DNA of 64,000 nt from Alphaproteobacteria bacterium (GCA_965227515.1 CBDDFZ010000002.1:736001-800000); one strand, 5' to 3'. Numbered from the stretch's first letter, positions 49,656 through 61,284 are shown. The notes: generated from the letters alone by a model not told the origin. A program made the numbers and translations.

Positions 49656-49886
49656 ATGTCGACCACGCCAGTCGAATCTTGGCAGAACGTCAATGGCGCC
49701 GAACTGGGAGCGCTCTATCCGGGCGTCGGCGCCGAATGGATCCTGGTCATCGTCGCCGTGCTGTTCTGGCTTTGGTGGCACATCGCGCAGATGCGTGCCG
49801 AAGGCCGCACGTTCCGGGAGGAGCAGGCGAAGCTGAAAGACGGCAAGACGCTGGAACGCGCGATGAAGGGAGAGAAGATCTCCTGA
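49656..49886 (+). CDS. Small single-TM membrane protein downstream of amt
   Basis: 76 aa; GGGAGAG RBS; TM segment WILVIVAVLFWLWWHI. Confidence 0.7.
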   Translation: MSTTPVESWQNVNGAELGALYPGVGAEWILVIVAVLFWLWWHIAQMRAEGRTFREEQAKLKDGKTLERAMKGEKIS

Positions 49887-50024
49887 CGCCTTCTATCATG
49901 TGGCGCGACACCGGCACCTCCACCATTGGCCACCCGGCCGCCCATCGACCCGCATTGACGCGGCGGGCGGGTTGCCAGGGCAAGGTGCCGGTACGCATTC
50001 GGCCAGTGGCGCGGCCGAAACAGG

Positions 50025-50390
50025 TCAGTTGCAACCAGGCTCGCGCAGGTCATTGATGCGGTCGACTGCTTGTTGCAGGCGGGCGAACACCACAACTTCC
50101 GTACCCATGCCCACGATCAACGCCTGGACTGCCTCGCGGCGCCATTTCCACAAGTCATCCGTCGCTGTGTAGCCGTCGATCTGCGCCTGCAGCGACTGCG
50201 TCGCCTGGCGCACGCGCGAAACGTCGCCGCTCTCGAAACCGTCTGAGAAGATCGCGTCGATGCGGTCCGCGTACTGGTTATACGCCTGGGCCGGTGCGTC
50301 GCAGGCGGCAAAGGCGGCCTGCCCGCCGCCCGCAAGGGCTGCGGTGGAGACGGCGAGGGCGGCTAAGGTGCGGCGGACATTGCGGGGCAT
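50025..50390 (-). CDS. Hypothetical exported helical protein
   Basis: Signal peptide ending AFA-A; Cys near both ends; AAGGAAG RBS. Confidence 0.65.
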   Translation of the reverse strand: MPRNVRRTLAALAVSTAALAGGGQAAFAACDAPAQAYNQYADRIDAIFSDGFESGDVSRVRQATQSLQAQIDGYTATDDLWKWRREAVQALIVGMGTEVVVFARLQQAVDRINDLREPGCN

Positions 50391-50615
50391 GGTCGGGCTT
50401 CCTTTTGGTGGTGTTAGCTGTGGCTGTCCCGGCTTCTACGTGCCGCCATGCCGCACCCTGCGCGCGCCGAGACGAATGCCCTTGAATTGCCCAAACCGTC
50501 CAGGTGCAGCCGCATTTCCAGGTGCCGCGACCTGCCGCACCAGAAGGTGTTCACCCCCGCGCCCGACTGTGCGACAAGCCAACTGAGATAAGAACGCGGG
50601 AGGGGACATAGGCCC

Positions 50616-52007
50616 ATGTGCGCCATGCAGACAACCTACAGCCCGGTCGACGGGCGTGTGGTGGCGGAACGGGAGCAGGCGGATGCGGCTGCGCTGGACG
50701 CCGCCGTGGCCAAGGCGCGCCGGACGCAGGCCGACTGGCATGCGACACCGGTCGCCGAGCGCGCGCGTGCCGTGACCGCCATGGTCGACGCCTTCCTGGC
50801 CGAAGCGGACGCGGCGGCCGAAGAGATCACCTGGCAGATGGGCCGCCCGATCAGCCATGCCCCGGGCGAGCTGCGCGGGTTCGAGGAGCGGGCGCGCCAC
50901 ATGATCGCGATCGCGCCAAAGGCGCTGGCCGATATCGAGGCCGACCTGCAACCAGGTTTCCGCCGTTTCGTGCGCCGCGAGCCGCTGGGTGTGGTGGCGG
51001 TGATCGCCCCCTGGAACTACCCCCTGCTGACCTCGGTCAACGCGGTGGTGCCAGCGCTGATGGCCGGCAACGCCGTTATCCTGAAGCCCTCCCACCAGAC
51101 GCCGCTGTCGGGCGAGCGATACGCCAGGGCGGCGGCCGCCGCCGGCCTGCCGGACGGGCTGGTGCAGGTGCTGCATCTCGACCATGCAGGTGCGGCGGCC
51201 CTGGTTGGGCACGAGGGCGTCGACTTCGCCTGCTTCACCGGCTCGGTCGAAGGTGGCCATGCCGTCCAGCGCGCGGCGGCCGAGCGGTTCATCGGCGTCG
51301 GGCTGGAGCTCGGCGGCAAGGACCCGGCCTATGTCCGTGCCGACGCCAATTTCGAACATGCGGTGGAGAACGTGGTCGACGGCGCGTTCTTCAATGCCGG
51401 CCAGTCGTGCTGTGGGATCGAGCGGGTCTATGTCGACGCCGGCATCTACGACCGGTTCGTGGAGGCGGCGGCCGACCTGGTCGGGCGCTACGTGCTGGAC
51501 GATCCCACCAAAGCCGAAACGAACCTCGGCCCGATGGTGCGGGCCGGCGCCGCCGACGTGGTGCGCAAGCAGGTCGCCGATGCACGCGCCGCCGGTGCCC
51601 GCGCGCTCGTCGACACCAGCCGATTTGCCGCCGACACCGGGGAGGGCCCCTATCTGGCGCCCCAGGTGCTGGTCGATGTCGACCACACGATGGCGGTGAT
51701 GCGCGAGGAGAGCTTCGGCCCGGTGGTCGGGATCATGAAGGTGGCGTCCGACGACGAGGCGGTGGCGTTGATGAACGACAGCGACTATGGGCTCACGGCG
51801 TCGATCTGGACCAGCGATGCCGACGCCGCCCTGGCCATCGGCGAACGGGTGGAGACCGGCACCTGGTTCATGAACCGCTGCGACTATCTGGACCCGGCGC
51901 TGGCCTGGACCGGGGTGAAGAACTCCGGCCGGGGCGCCACCCTCAGCGCGGTCGGCTACGAGCACCTGACCCGACCGAAGAGTTTTCACATGCGGGTGGA
52001 GGTCTGA
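50616..52007 (+). CDS. Aldehyde dehydrogenase family protein
   Basis: PWNYP, FTGS, LELGGKD, NAGQSCC, EESFGP. Confidence 0.95.
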   Translation: MCAMQTTYSPVDGRVVAEREQADAAALDAAVAKARRTQADWHATPVAERARAVTAMVDAFLAEADAAAEEITWQMGRPISHAPGELRGFEERARHMIAIAPKALADIEADLQPGFRRFVRREPLGVVAVIAPWNYPLLTSVNAVVPALMAGNAVILKPSHQTPLSGERYARAAAAAGLPDGLVQVLHLDHAGAAALVGHEGVDFACFTGSVEGGHAVQRAAAERFIGVGLELGGKDPAYVRADANFEHAVENVVDGAFFNAGQSCCGIERVYVDAGIYDRFVEAAADLVGRYVLDDPTKAETNLGPMVRAGAADVVRKQVADARAAGARALVDTSRFAADTGEGPYLAPQVLVDVDHTMAVMREESFGPVVGIMKVASDDEAVALMNDSDYGLTASIWTSDADAALAIGERVETGTWFMNRCDYLDPALAWTGVKNSGRGATLSAVGYEHLTRPKSFHMRVEV

Positions 52008-52009
52008 CC

Positions 52010-53206
52010 ATGATGCCCGATGCTGCCAGCCTGACCGGCAACTGGAACTTTCCCACCACCGTGCTGTTCGGCCCGGGGCGCATCGCCAAGCTGGCGGCGG
52101 CGTGCCGCAATGCCGGCATCGCCCGCCCGCTGCTGGTCACCGATCCGGGTCTCGCCGGCCTGCCGATGATCGCCGACGCGGTCGCGGCCAACGAGGCCGA
52201 GGGCATCCCCACCGCCGTCTTCTCCGACGTGCGCGGCAACCCGGTCGGCGCCAATGTCGATGCCGGTGTTGCGGTGCTGCGCGCGGGCGGCCATGACGGC
52301 GTCATCGCCTGGGGCGGCGGCAGCGCGCTCGACACCGGTAAGGCGATCGCGCTGATGGCCGGCCAGACGAACGTGATCTGGGACTTCGAGGATGTCGGCG
52401 ACAACTGGAAGCGGGTGAACCCGGACGGCGTGCTGCCGGTGATCGCGGTGCCAACGACCGCCGGCACCGGGTCGGAGACCGGCCGCGCCTCGGTCATCAC
52501 CGACGAGGAGACCCACCGCAAGGTGATCATCTTCCACCCGAAGATGATGCCGGTGTGCGTGATCTCCGACCCCGAACTGTCGGTCGGCCTGCCGCCCCGG
52601 CTGACCGCCGGCACCGGCATGGACGCGCTCGCCCACAATCTGGAGGCCTATTGCGCGCCGGGCATGCAGCCGCTGTGCGACGGCATCGCGGCGGAGGGCG
52701 TGCGCCTGGTCCACGACTGGCTGCCGACGGCGGTGGCGGACGGCACGAACATCGCCGCGCGCGCCTACATGCTGGCCGCCGCCTCCATGGGCTCCACCGC
52801 GTTCCAGAAGGGGCTGGGCGCGATCCACTCGCTCTCGCATCCTTGCGGCGCCCTGTTCGACACCCACCACGGCATGACCAACGCGGTCGTCATGCCCTAT
52901 GTGCTGGCGTTCAACCGCCCGGCGATCGAGGACCGGGTGGAGCGCTTGGCACGCTATATCGGGCTCGGCGACACCACGTTCCAGGGCTTCGTCAACTGGG
53001 TGGTGGCGCTGCGCGCTGAGATCGGCGTGCCGCACACTCTGGGCGAGCTCGGGGTGGACGAGTCCGCCCTCGACCGGATGGCGGCGATGGCGGCGGTCGA
53101 CCCGCCGGCGGCGACCAACCCGCGCCCGGTGGGGCTGGCCGAGCATGCCCACCTCTACCGCGCCGCCTTCAGCGGCGATGTCGCCGCTGCGGTGTATCGG
53201 GACTGA
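52010..53206 (+). CDS. Iron-containing alcohol dehydrogenase
   Basis: GGGSALD, PTTAGTGSE, GMDALAHNLEAY, H..SH, HHG; real start is ATG 52010, not the 862-aa ORF start. Confidence 0.93.
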   Translation: MMPDAASLTGNWNFPTTVLFGPGRIAKLAAACRNAGIARPLLVTDPGLAGLPMIADAVAANEAEGIPTAVFSDVRGNPVGANVDAGVAVLRAGGHDGVIAWGGGSALDTGKAIALMAGQTNVIWDFEDVGDNWKRVNPDGVLPVIAVPTTAGTGSETGRASVITDEETHRKVIIFHPKMMPVCVISDPELSVGLPPRLTAGTGMDALAHNLEAYCAPGMQPLCDGIAAEGVRLVHDWLPTAVADGTNIAARAYMLAAASMGSTAFQKGLGAIHSLSHPCGALFDTHHGMTNAVVMPYVLAFNRPAIEDRVERLARYIGLGDTTFQGFVNWVVALRAEIGVPHTLGELGVDESALDRMAAMAAVDPPAATNPRPVGLAEHAHLYRAAFSGDVAAAVYRD

Positions 53207-53238
53207 CGCTGCGACTACGGAATTGCCTCGCTATTTTC

Positions 53239-53342
53239 CGTCATTGCGAGGAGCGCCAAGTTTGGCGCGACGCGGCAATCCAGGGCAACGCCGGCAACTG
53301 CGCCTAAATCGCCTGGATTGCTTCGCTGCGCTCGCAATGACG
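53239..53342. repeat. REPIN-like element, family B, copy 4
   Basis: CGTCATTGCGAGGAGC...GACGCGGCAATCCAG ... CTGGATTGCTTCGCTGCGCTCGCAATGACG. Confidence 0.88.
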
Positions 53343-53463
53343 GCAAGAATTTTGACTTAGTGGGGCACATGGCATCCAGCCATTCCGCCGTCGTGTCATT
53401 CGGGCTATTCTGCGGGCATGGGGGAAACGCAAAAAGGAACGTGCCGTTGATGCGGTGGCGGAC

Positions 53464-54651
53464 ATGACGGCGCGGGCCAGCAAGCTCGTCTTCTGTTCCG
53501 AGGACGCGCGGCGTGTCGCCCGCCGGCGCCTGCCGCGCATGGTGTTCGACTACATCGAGGGGGCGGCCGGGCGCGAGCTTGGCGCCGCCCGCAATCTGTC
53601 GGCCCTCGACCAGATCGAGTTGCAGCCGCGGGTGATGGAGCGGGTCGCCAAGCGCAGCCTCAAGACCTCATTCCTCGGTCACGACTACGCATGGCCGTTC
53701 GGCATCGCGCCGATGGGCATGTGCAATCTGGTGCGGCCAGGCACCGACCGGCTGTTCGCAGACGCGGCGCGCGCATATGGGTTCCCGACCTGCCTGTCGA
53801 CCGCCGGCACCAGCTCGCTGGAGGACATGCGCGGCTGGGCCGCCGAGCAGGCGTGGTTCCAGCTCTACGTCACCGGCAGCGAGGAGAGCGCATTCTCGCT
53901 GGTCGACAGGGCGGCGAACGCCGGCTACGAGACGCTGCTGCTGACCGTCGACGTGCCGCAGCTCTCCCGCCGTGTCCGCGATATCCGCAATGGGCTCAAG
54001 ATCCCGTTCCGCCCCGGCCCGCGCCAGATCTGGGACCTGGTCACCCACCCGGCGTGGTCGCTGCGCACCGCGATGGCTGGCGCGCCGAAGCTGCGGAACT
54101 TCGAAGGCGGCCGCAACCCGGAGAACTACAACCGCGAGCAGACTCGTGACGGCGCCAACTGGGCGTTCCTCGACCGGCTGCGCGCGCGTTGGCGCGGCAA
54201 GCTGGTGGTCAAGGGCGTCATGTCGGCGGGGGAGGCGGTGCGAATCCGCGATGCCGGCGTCGATGCGGTCTACGTCTCCAACCACGGCGCGCGGCAGCTC
54301 GACGCCACGCCGGCGGCGATCTCGGTGCTGCCGAAGGTGCGCGCGGCGGTGGGGCCCGACTATCCGCTGATCTTCGACAGTGGGCTTCGCGGTGGCGAGG
54401 ACATCGCCAAGGCGCTGGCGCTGGGCGCGGACTTCGTGATGTTCGGGCGCCCGATGCTGTGGGCGGTGGGCGCCGACGGCGAGGCTGGCCTGCACGCGCT
54501 GCTGAAGAGCCTGGCGGAGGAACTGGACATCGCGCTCGCCCAGCTCGGCCTGACGTCGCCGGATCAGTTGTCGCCGGACGTGCTGGTCAATGGCGATGGA
54601 GCGGTGGACGCCACGGCAGAACCGCCGTCGCTGGTGTTGGCGTCGGCATGA
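53464..54651 (+). CDS. FMN-dependent alpha-hydroxy acid dehydrogenase (LldD/mandelate DH family)
   Basis: [53 protein letters not shown]. Confidence 0.92.
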   Translation: MTARASKLVFCSEDARRVARRRLPRMVFDYIEGAAGRELGAARNLSALDQIELQPRVMERVAKRSLKTSFLGHDYAWPFGIAPMGMCNLVRPGTDRLFADAARAYGFPTCLSTAGTSSLEDMRGWAAEQAWFQLYVTGSEESAFSLVDRAANAGYETLLLTVDVPQLSRRVRDIRNGLKIPFRPGPRQIWDLVTHPAWSLRTAMAGAPKLRNFEGGRNPENYNREQTRDGANWAFLDRLRARWRGKLVVKGVMSAGEAVRIRDAGVDAVYVSNHGARQLDATPAAISVLPKVRAAVGPDYPLIFDSGLRGGEDIAKALALGADFVMFGRPMLWAVGADGEAGLHALLKSLAEELDIALAQLGLTSPDQLSPDVLVNGDGAVDATAEPPSLVLASA

Positions 54652-55921
54652 GCGCGGGCGCGGCCACAATCCAGGACGTGCGCGCGACCACGGTGGCGAT
54701 GCCGCTGGAGGCGCCGCTCAGGCACGCCAACGGCGCCCACTGGGGCCGCTTCATCCGCACCATCGTCGAGCTTGAGGACAGCGAGGGCCGCATCGGCGTC
54801 GGCGAGATGGGCGGCGGCGGCGAGTCCGCGGAGGCGTCGGTACGCGCGCTCGGCGCCTATCTGAAGGGGCACGACCCGCTGCAGCTCGAGCAGTTGCGCT
54901 GGAAGCTGATGAACCCGACCGCCAGCCTCTACAACAACCGCATGCAGCTCCATGCGGCGATCGAGATGGCGTGCATGGACCTGGCCGGCAAGCGGCTCGG
55001 CATCCGCGCCTGCGACCTGCTGGGCGGCGCGCTGCGCGAGGCGGTGCCGTTCGCGAGCTACCTGTTCTACCGCTACCACGACGAGAGCGGGCGGCGCGGC
55101 GGCGAGACCATGCCGAACGAGATGGTGGCGCACGCCCGCGACCTGCGCGACCGTCATGGCTTCCGCGTCCACAAGCTGAAGGGCGGCCACTTCGCGCCCG
55201 ATCACGACATCGCGGTGATGCACGCGCTGGCGGAGGCGTTTCCCGGCGACCGGCTGCGGCTGGACCCGAACGGCGCCTGGTCGGTGGAGGAGTCGGTGCG
55301 GGTGGCGCGCGCCATCCAGCACCTGAACAACGACTATTTCGAGGACCCGACCTGGGGGCTGGAGGGCATGCGCCGGGTGCGCGAGCAGATCGCGATGCCG
55401 ACGGCGACCAACCAGGTGGTGGTGAACTTCGAGCAGCTCGCCCAGTCGATCCGCCACACGTTGGTGGATGTGGTGCTGCTGGACACCACGTTCTGGGGCG
55501 GCCTGCGCCAGGCCTACAAGGCCGGCACGGTGCTGGAGACGTTCCAGTTCTCCGCCGCGGTGCATTCCTCCGGCGAGCTTGGCGTACAGCTCGCCTCGAT
55601 GCTGCATCTCGGCGCAGCACTGCCCAATTTGAACTTCGCCGCCGACGCCCATTATCACCACCTGACCGACGACATCATCGTCGGCGGCAAGATGGCGTAC
55701 CACGACGGCGCCATCGCGGTGCCGACCGCGCCCGGCCTGGGCGTCGAAATCGACCGCGACAAGCTGGCCGAATATGCCGAGGTCTTCAGGTCCATGGGTG
55801 GCTATGCCTACGACCGCGACCCGGGGCGGCCGGGCTGGTACGCGGTCTGGCCCGAAACCCGCTACGCCGACCCGGCGGTGAAGGATGCGCCGGCGGTCTA
55901 CGAGCGAGACAGCGGCGACTG

Positions 55922-55922
<1 letters not shown>
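54648..55922 (+). CDS. Enolase superfamily, glucarate dehydratase-like acid-sugar dehydratase
   Basis: KLKGG (KxK), metal ligands DPN, EDP and [13 protein letters not shown]; ATGA overlap. Confidence 0.85.
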
Positions 55923-57025
<1,103 letters not shown>

Positions 57026-57054
57026 ACGCCGCAGCACAAAAGGAGGAAACGACA

Positions 57055-58293
57055 ATGCGAACGAAGCCGCTGTTGGGCGCCGCCATCGCCGGCGCGCTGG
57101 TGCTGGGAAGCGGGGTCGCCGCCGCCGATGACGTCGAGCTGTTCCACGACAAGGGCTTCTGGTCCGATGCGTTGCAGCAGGTGGGCGATCAGGCGGCCGA
57201 GGACATCGGCATCCGCATCATTTCCACCGCCTATTCCGCGCCGGAGCAGTACAAGGCGTTCCTGCAGTCGTCGGTGGCCAGCGGCGACATGCCGGACATG
57301 TTCACCTGGTGGACCGGCGGCGTGTACCGCGACCTGATCGAAAGCGGCGAAGTGGCCGAGCTGGACGAGATCTGGGACGAGCTGGTCGCCAGCGGCGACT
57401 TCTCCCAGAGCACGCGCGACTTCTACACGGTCGACGGCCATGCCTATGGCGTGCCGCTGCACCTGTCGCGCTGGATCGCGCTCTACAATGTCGAGCACTT
57501 CAAGGAAGTCGGCGTCGGCGAGCCGCAGACCTGGGAAGAGCTGCTGGACGTGGCCGAGAAGCTGCAAGCCGCCGGCCATACGCCGTTCGTCGCCACCACC
57601 CAGGACGGCTGGCGCGGCTTCATCTGGTTCCAGGAGCTGATGATCCGCACCGACCCGGTCGCCTATATGGGCCTGCACGACGGCAGCACGCCCTATGACG
57701 GCGATGCGGTGCGCAACGCGTTCCAGATCTGGTCCGACTGGTACGCCAAGGGCTGGTTCACCGACCCGCGCTCCAATGAGGAGGCGCCGGACTTCGTGCG
57801 CGGCGACGGCTCGATCTACCTGATCGGCGACTGGTCGGTCGGCATCATCGAGGGCCTGGGCATGGTGCCGGGCGAGGACTTCTCCGCGTTCATCATGCCG
57901 AATATGGACCCCAACCTGCCGCACGCCGCAATCCTGGAGGGCGGGCCGATCATGATGTCGCGTAGCGGCATCGAGAACCCGGACGCTGTGGCAGCGCTGA
58001 AGTACTTCGTCTCGGTCGCGGGCGCCAACGCCTGGGCGGATGCGTCGGGCAACGCGCTGGGCAACCAGAATGCCGAGCCGCCGAACGTCGTGGTCGCCAA
58101 GATCAACGACGATGTCGCCACCCATGGCACCATCGCCATCGAGCGCTGGTGGGAGGCGGTGCCGGCCGACCTGCAGGGCGAGCTGGTGGCGGAGTTCAAC
58201 CGCTTCATGCTGGACCCGACCATGGAGACGGCCGAGGACGTGATGGCCAATATCCAGGCCCTGAACGCGGAGTACTGGGAGGACCAGGAGTAG
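57055..58293 (+). CDS. Sugar ABC transporter substrate-binding protein (CUT1)
   Basis: AGGAGG RBS; signal peptide; PDMF, YGVP, PQTWEEL. Confidence 0.9.
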   Translation: MRTKPLLGAAIAGALVLGSGVAAADDVELFHDKGFWSDALQQVGDQAAEDIGIRIISTAYSAPEQYKAFLQSSVASGDMPDMFTWWTGGVYRDLIESGEVAELDEIWDELVASGDFSQSTRDFYTVDGHAYGVPLHLSRWIALYNVEHFKEVGVGEPQTWEELLDVAEKLQAAGHTPFVATTQDGWRGFIWFQELMIRTDPVAYMGLHDGSTPYDGDAVRNAFQIWSDWYAKGWFTDPRSNEEAPDFVRGDGSIYLIGDWSVGIIEGLGMVPGEDFSAFIMPNMDPNLPHAAILEGGPIMMSRSGIENPDAVAALKYFVSVAGANAWADASGNALGNQNAEPPNVVVAKINDDVATHGTIAIERWWEAVPADLQGELVAEFNRFMLDPTMETAEDVMANIQALNAEYWEDQE

Positions 58294-58316
58294 GGTTGGG
58301 GCTTTCCACACACACC

Positions 58317-58403
58317 CGTCATGGTCGGGCTTGTCCCGACCATCCACGACTTTGCATCGGTTGAAGAAAGACGTGGATACCCGCAACAAGTGCGGGCATG
58401 ACG
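58317..58403. repeat. REPIN-like element, family C, copy 3
   Basis: CGTCATGGTCGGGCTTGTCCCGACCATCCACG ... ACGTGGATACCCGCAACAAGTGCGGGCATGACG. Confidence 0.88.
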
Positions 58404-58427
58404 AGGTAGGTGTGGTGGGAGACACCT

Positions 58428-59393
58428 ATGCCCCACCATAAGCCCAGCATCTCCGAAGAGGACCGCGCGCTGTTGGCGCGGATCGGCTGGCCGAAAACCG
58501 GCGCCGACGACCGCCACCGCGCGCGGATGAGCTTCTGGACCGCGCTGGCGTTCATGGCGCCGGCGATCGGTTTCGTCGGCCTGTTCCTGCTACTGCCGGT
58601 GCTGGGCAACGTCTATCTCAGCCTGACCGGCTGGAAGAAGTTCAAGGGGCTGGACGAGTTCGTCGGTTTCGAAAACTACGAGGACCTGGGCACCAGCCCG
58701 TTCTTTGCCGACGCGCTCTACAACACCGGCATCTGGGTCGGCGCCTCGATCACCATTCCGCTGATCCTGGGCCTGGGGCTGGCCATGCTGCTGCGCGGGG
58801 TGCCGTTCGAGGGCCTGTTCAAGAACATCATCTTCATCCCGCGCATCCTGGCGCCCACCGCCGTCGGCGTGCTGTGGTTCTACGTCTACACGCCAGACGG
58901 CATCGTCAATCGCTTCATCGGGCTGTTCGCCGGCGAGGAGACCGATATCGGCTGGCTCTACCAGGAGGAGACGGTGACCCCGGCCATCGTCGCCACCTTC
59001 GTGTGGCAGACGGTGGGCCTGGTCATGGTGCTGATCCTGCTAGGCTTGAGCGCGATCCCGAAAGACCCGATCGAGGCGGCGCGGCTGGACGGGGCGACCC
59101 GCGGCCAGGTATTCCGCCACATCGTGTTCCCGCTGCTGCTGCCGACGTTGCTGGTGGTGACCATCCTGTCGGTGCTGGCCGGATTCACTGTCTTTGACCT
59201 GTTGTGGGTGATGGGGGCGGCCTATCCCGGCCAGCGCACCCTGTCGCTGGCGGTCTATATGTACTTCGAGGCGTTCCAGAAGAGCTCCTGGGCCTATGGG
59301 TCGGCCATCGCGGTGGTCATCGGCCTGGTGGTGCTGAGCGTCACCTGGGTGCAGGCCGCGCTGCAGCACCGCGTCGACCGGATGATCAGGTAG
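58428..59393 (+). CDS. Sugar ABC transporter permease (MalF-like)
   Basis: FVGFENY; EAA motif EAARLDGA; about 6 TM segments. Confidence 0.93.
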   Translation: MPHHKPSISEEDRALLARIGWPKTGADDRHRARMSFWTALAFMAPAIGFVGLFLLLPVLGNVYLSLTGWKKFKGLDEFVGFENYEDLGTSPFFADALYNTGIWVGASITIPLILGLGLAMLLRGVPFEGLFKNIIFIPRILAPTAVGVLWFYVYTPDGIVNRFIGLFAGEETDIGWLYQEETVTPAIVATFVWQTVGLVMVLILLGLSAIPKDPIEAARLDGATRGQVFRHIVFPLLLPTLLVVTILSVLAGFTVFDLLWVMGAAYPGQRTLSLAVYMYFEAFQKSSWAYGSAIAVVIGLVVLSVTWVQAALQHRVDRMIR

Positions 59394-59402
59394 GGGCGGG
59401 CG

Positions 59403-60284
59403 ATGGCGGTCAACCTCGACCAGATCGACTTCGCGGCTATCCAGGCGCGCGAGCGCCGGCGCCAGGGCCGGGGCAAGATGGCGCTGATCGCCGCCATCCT
59501 GATCAGCGCGATCTGGGTGGTGCCGTTCTATTACGTGATCACCTCGGTGTTCAAATCGACCGAGGAGTATTCGCTGAACCACCCGCTGTCGCTGCCCGAC
59601 GGCGTGGCGCCCGTGGTCGACAACGCGGTGACCGCCTGGACCCAGGCCAAGATGGGCATCGGCATGCTCAACTCGGCCATCTACGGGTTGGTGGGCGCGG
59701 GAGCGGCGGTGTTCATCGCGGCGCTGGCCGCCTATGGGCTGACCCGGTTCGAGTTCAAGCGCAAGAACCTGTGGTTCATGCTGATCTTCTCCGGCACCGT
59801 GTTCCCGCTGCAGATGTACCTGATCCCGCTGTTCTTCATGTACCAGCAGATCGGCATCCTGAACACGCACGCGGGCATGATGCTGTTCTACACCGCGATC
59901 TGCATCCCGTTCCCGGTGCTGGTGCTCCGGAACTACATGAACGGCATCTCGCGCGAGATCGACGAGGCCGCGCGCATGGACGGCGCGCGCGAGATCACCG
60001 TGTTCCTGCGCATCGTGCTGCCGAATTGCTGGGGGCCGATGACGGCGACGTTCCTGCTGCAGTTCACCTGGATCTGGAACGACCTGTTGTTCTCCATCGT
60101 GCTCGCCAACCGGACCGAGGTCCGCACGATCATGAACGCGCTGCAGGTGTTCCAGGGCAGCTACTCGTCAGTGGCGCCGAACGTGGTGATGACGGCGGCG
60201 GTGATGGCCAGCGTGCCGTCGCTGCTGCTGTTCTTCGTGCTGCGCAAGTACTTCATGGAGGGCATGCGCGTCTCCAGCGCGTAG
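59403..60284 (+). CDS. Sugar ABC transporter permease (MalG-like)
   Basis: EAARMDGA, WNDL; about 6 TM segments. Confidence 0.93.
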   Translation: MAVNLDQIDFAAIQARERRRQGRGKMALIAAILISAIWVVPFYYVITSVFKSTEEYSLNHPLSLPDGVAPVVDNAVTAWTQAKMGIGMLNSAIYGLVGAGAAVFIAALAAYGLTRFEFKRKNLWFMLIFSGTVFPLQMYLIPLFFMYQQIGILNTHAGMMLFYTAICIPFPVLVLRNYMNGISREIDEAARMDGAREITVFLRIVLPNCWGPMTATFLLQFTWIWNDLLFSIVLANRTEVRTIMNALQVFQGSYSSVAPNVVMTAAVMASVPSLLLFFVLRKYFMEGMRVSSA

Positions 60285-60309
60285 TTCGGTTGAACCGAAG
60301 GAGCGGGCT

Positions 60310-60786
60310 ATGAGCGACGATTCCGAAGCCGGGCGCAAATTCGCGGCGCAATTCAACAACGCGGTGTGGAACCTGCTCGGCCGGGCGGACCGCAGCGCGG
60401 CGGATGACGAGCGCATGGTGCATGCGGCCCATGCCTCGCACATGCACTGGCTCGATGCCGGCGACGCCGCGAACCACCAGCGCGGGCTGTGGCTGATCGC
60501 ACGGGTCTATGCCGAACTGGGCAATGCCCAGGAGGCCGCCCGCTATGCGGACCTGTGCCGGGGGCTGACCGACCGCGCCGCCGACCGGTTGCAGCCGTTC
60601 GACCTGGTCTATTGTCAGGAGGCGGAGGCGCGTGCCGCGGCGGTGTCCGGCAACGCGGCGGACGCGCAGCGCCTGAAAGAGAAGGCGCTCGCCGCCGCTG
60701 CCGACCTGGCGGACCAGCAGACCCGCGACATGGTGGTCGGCGACATCAACGCCGGCAATTGGGGCGTGCTCGACGGCGGCGCATGA
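60310..60786 (+). CDS. Hypothetical helical (TPR-like) protein
   Basis: AGGAG RBS; FNNAVWNLL...HAAHASHMHW...RGLWLIARVY; GC3-biased codons. Confidence 0.7.
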   Translation: MSDDSEAGRKFAAQFNNAVWNLLGRADRSAADDERMVHAAHASHMHWLDAGDAANHQRGLWLIARVYAELGNAQEAARYADLCRGLTDRAADRLQPFDLVYCQEAEARAAAVSGNAADAQRLKEKALAAAADLADQQTRDMVVGDINAGNWGVLDGGA

Positions 60787-60810
60787 AACGCCGGTCCTTC
60801 GAAAAGCGGC

Positions 60811-61284
60811 TCAGAGGTACTCGACCTTGATGATCTCGTAGGAGCGCCCGCCGTTCGGCGTGTTCACCTCCACCGAGTCGCCAAGCTGGCGGCCGATGAT
60901 GGCGCGCGCGATGGGGGAGGTGACCGAGACCCGGCCGTCCTTGATGTCGGACTCATGCGCGCCGACGATCTGATACGTCGACTCGTCCTCGGTTTCCTCG
61001 TCGACCAGCGAGACGGTGGCGCCAAATCGCACAACGTCGCCCGAGAGCTTGCGGGGGTCGATCACTTCGGCATGGCTGACCACGCTCTCAAGCTCGGCGA
61101 CCCGGCCCTCGATGAAGCTCTGCCGCTCGCGCGCCGCGTGGTACTCGGCATTCTCCGAGAGGTCGCCATGCTCGCGCGCTTCCGCGATGGCCGTGATGAC
61201 GGCCGGACGTTCGATTTCCTTCAACGTGCGCAGTTCTTCCACCAGTTGCTGGTAGCCGCGCTCGGTCATTGGGATTCGTTCCAT
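60811..61284 (-). CDS. greA: Transcription elongation factor GreA
   Basis: AREHGDLSENAEYHAARERQSFIEGR, SPIARAIIG; ATG 61284; follows carB. Confidence 0.96.
   Translation of the reverse strand: MERIPMTERGYQQLVEELRTLKEIERPAVITAIAEAREHGDLSENAEYHAARERQSFIEGRVAELESVVSHAEVIDPRKLSGDVVRFGATVSLVDEETEDESTYQIVGAHESDIKDGRVSVTSPIARAIIGRQLGDSVEVNTPNGGRSYEIIKVEYL

Noticed and set aside
50618-53206. 862-aa ORF suggesting a large fusion protein
   Set aside because: The first ~464 codons are an off-frame shadow of the ALDH gene; the real Fe-ADH starts at ATG 52010
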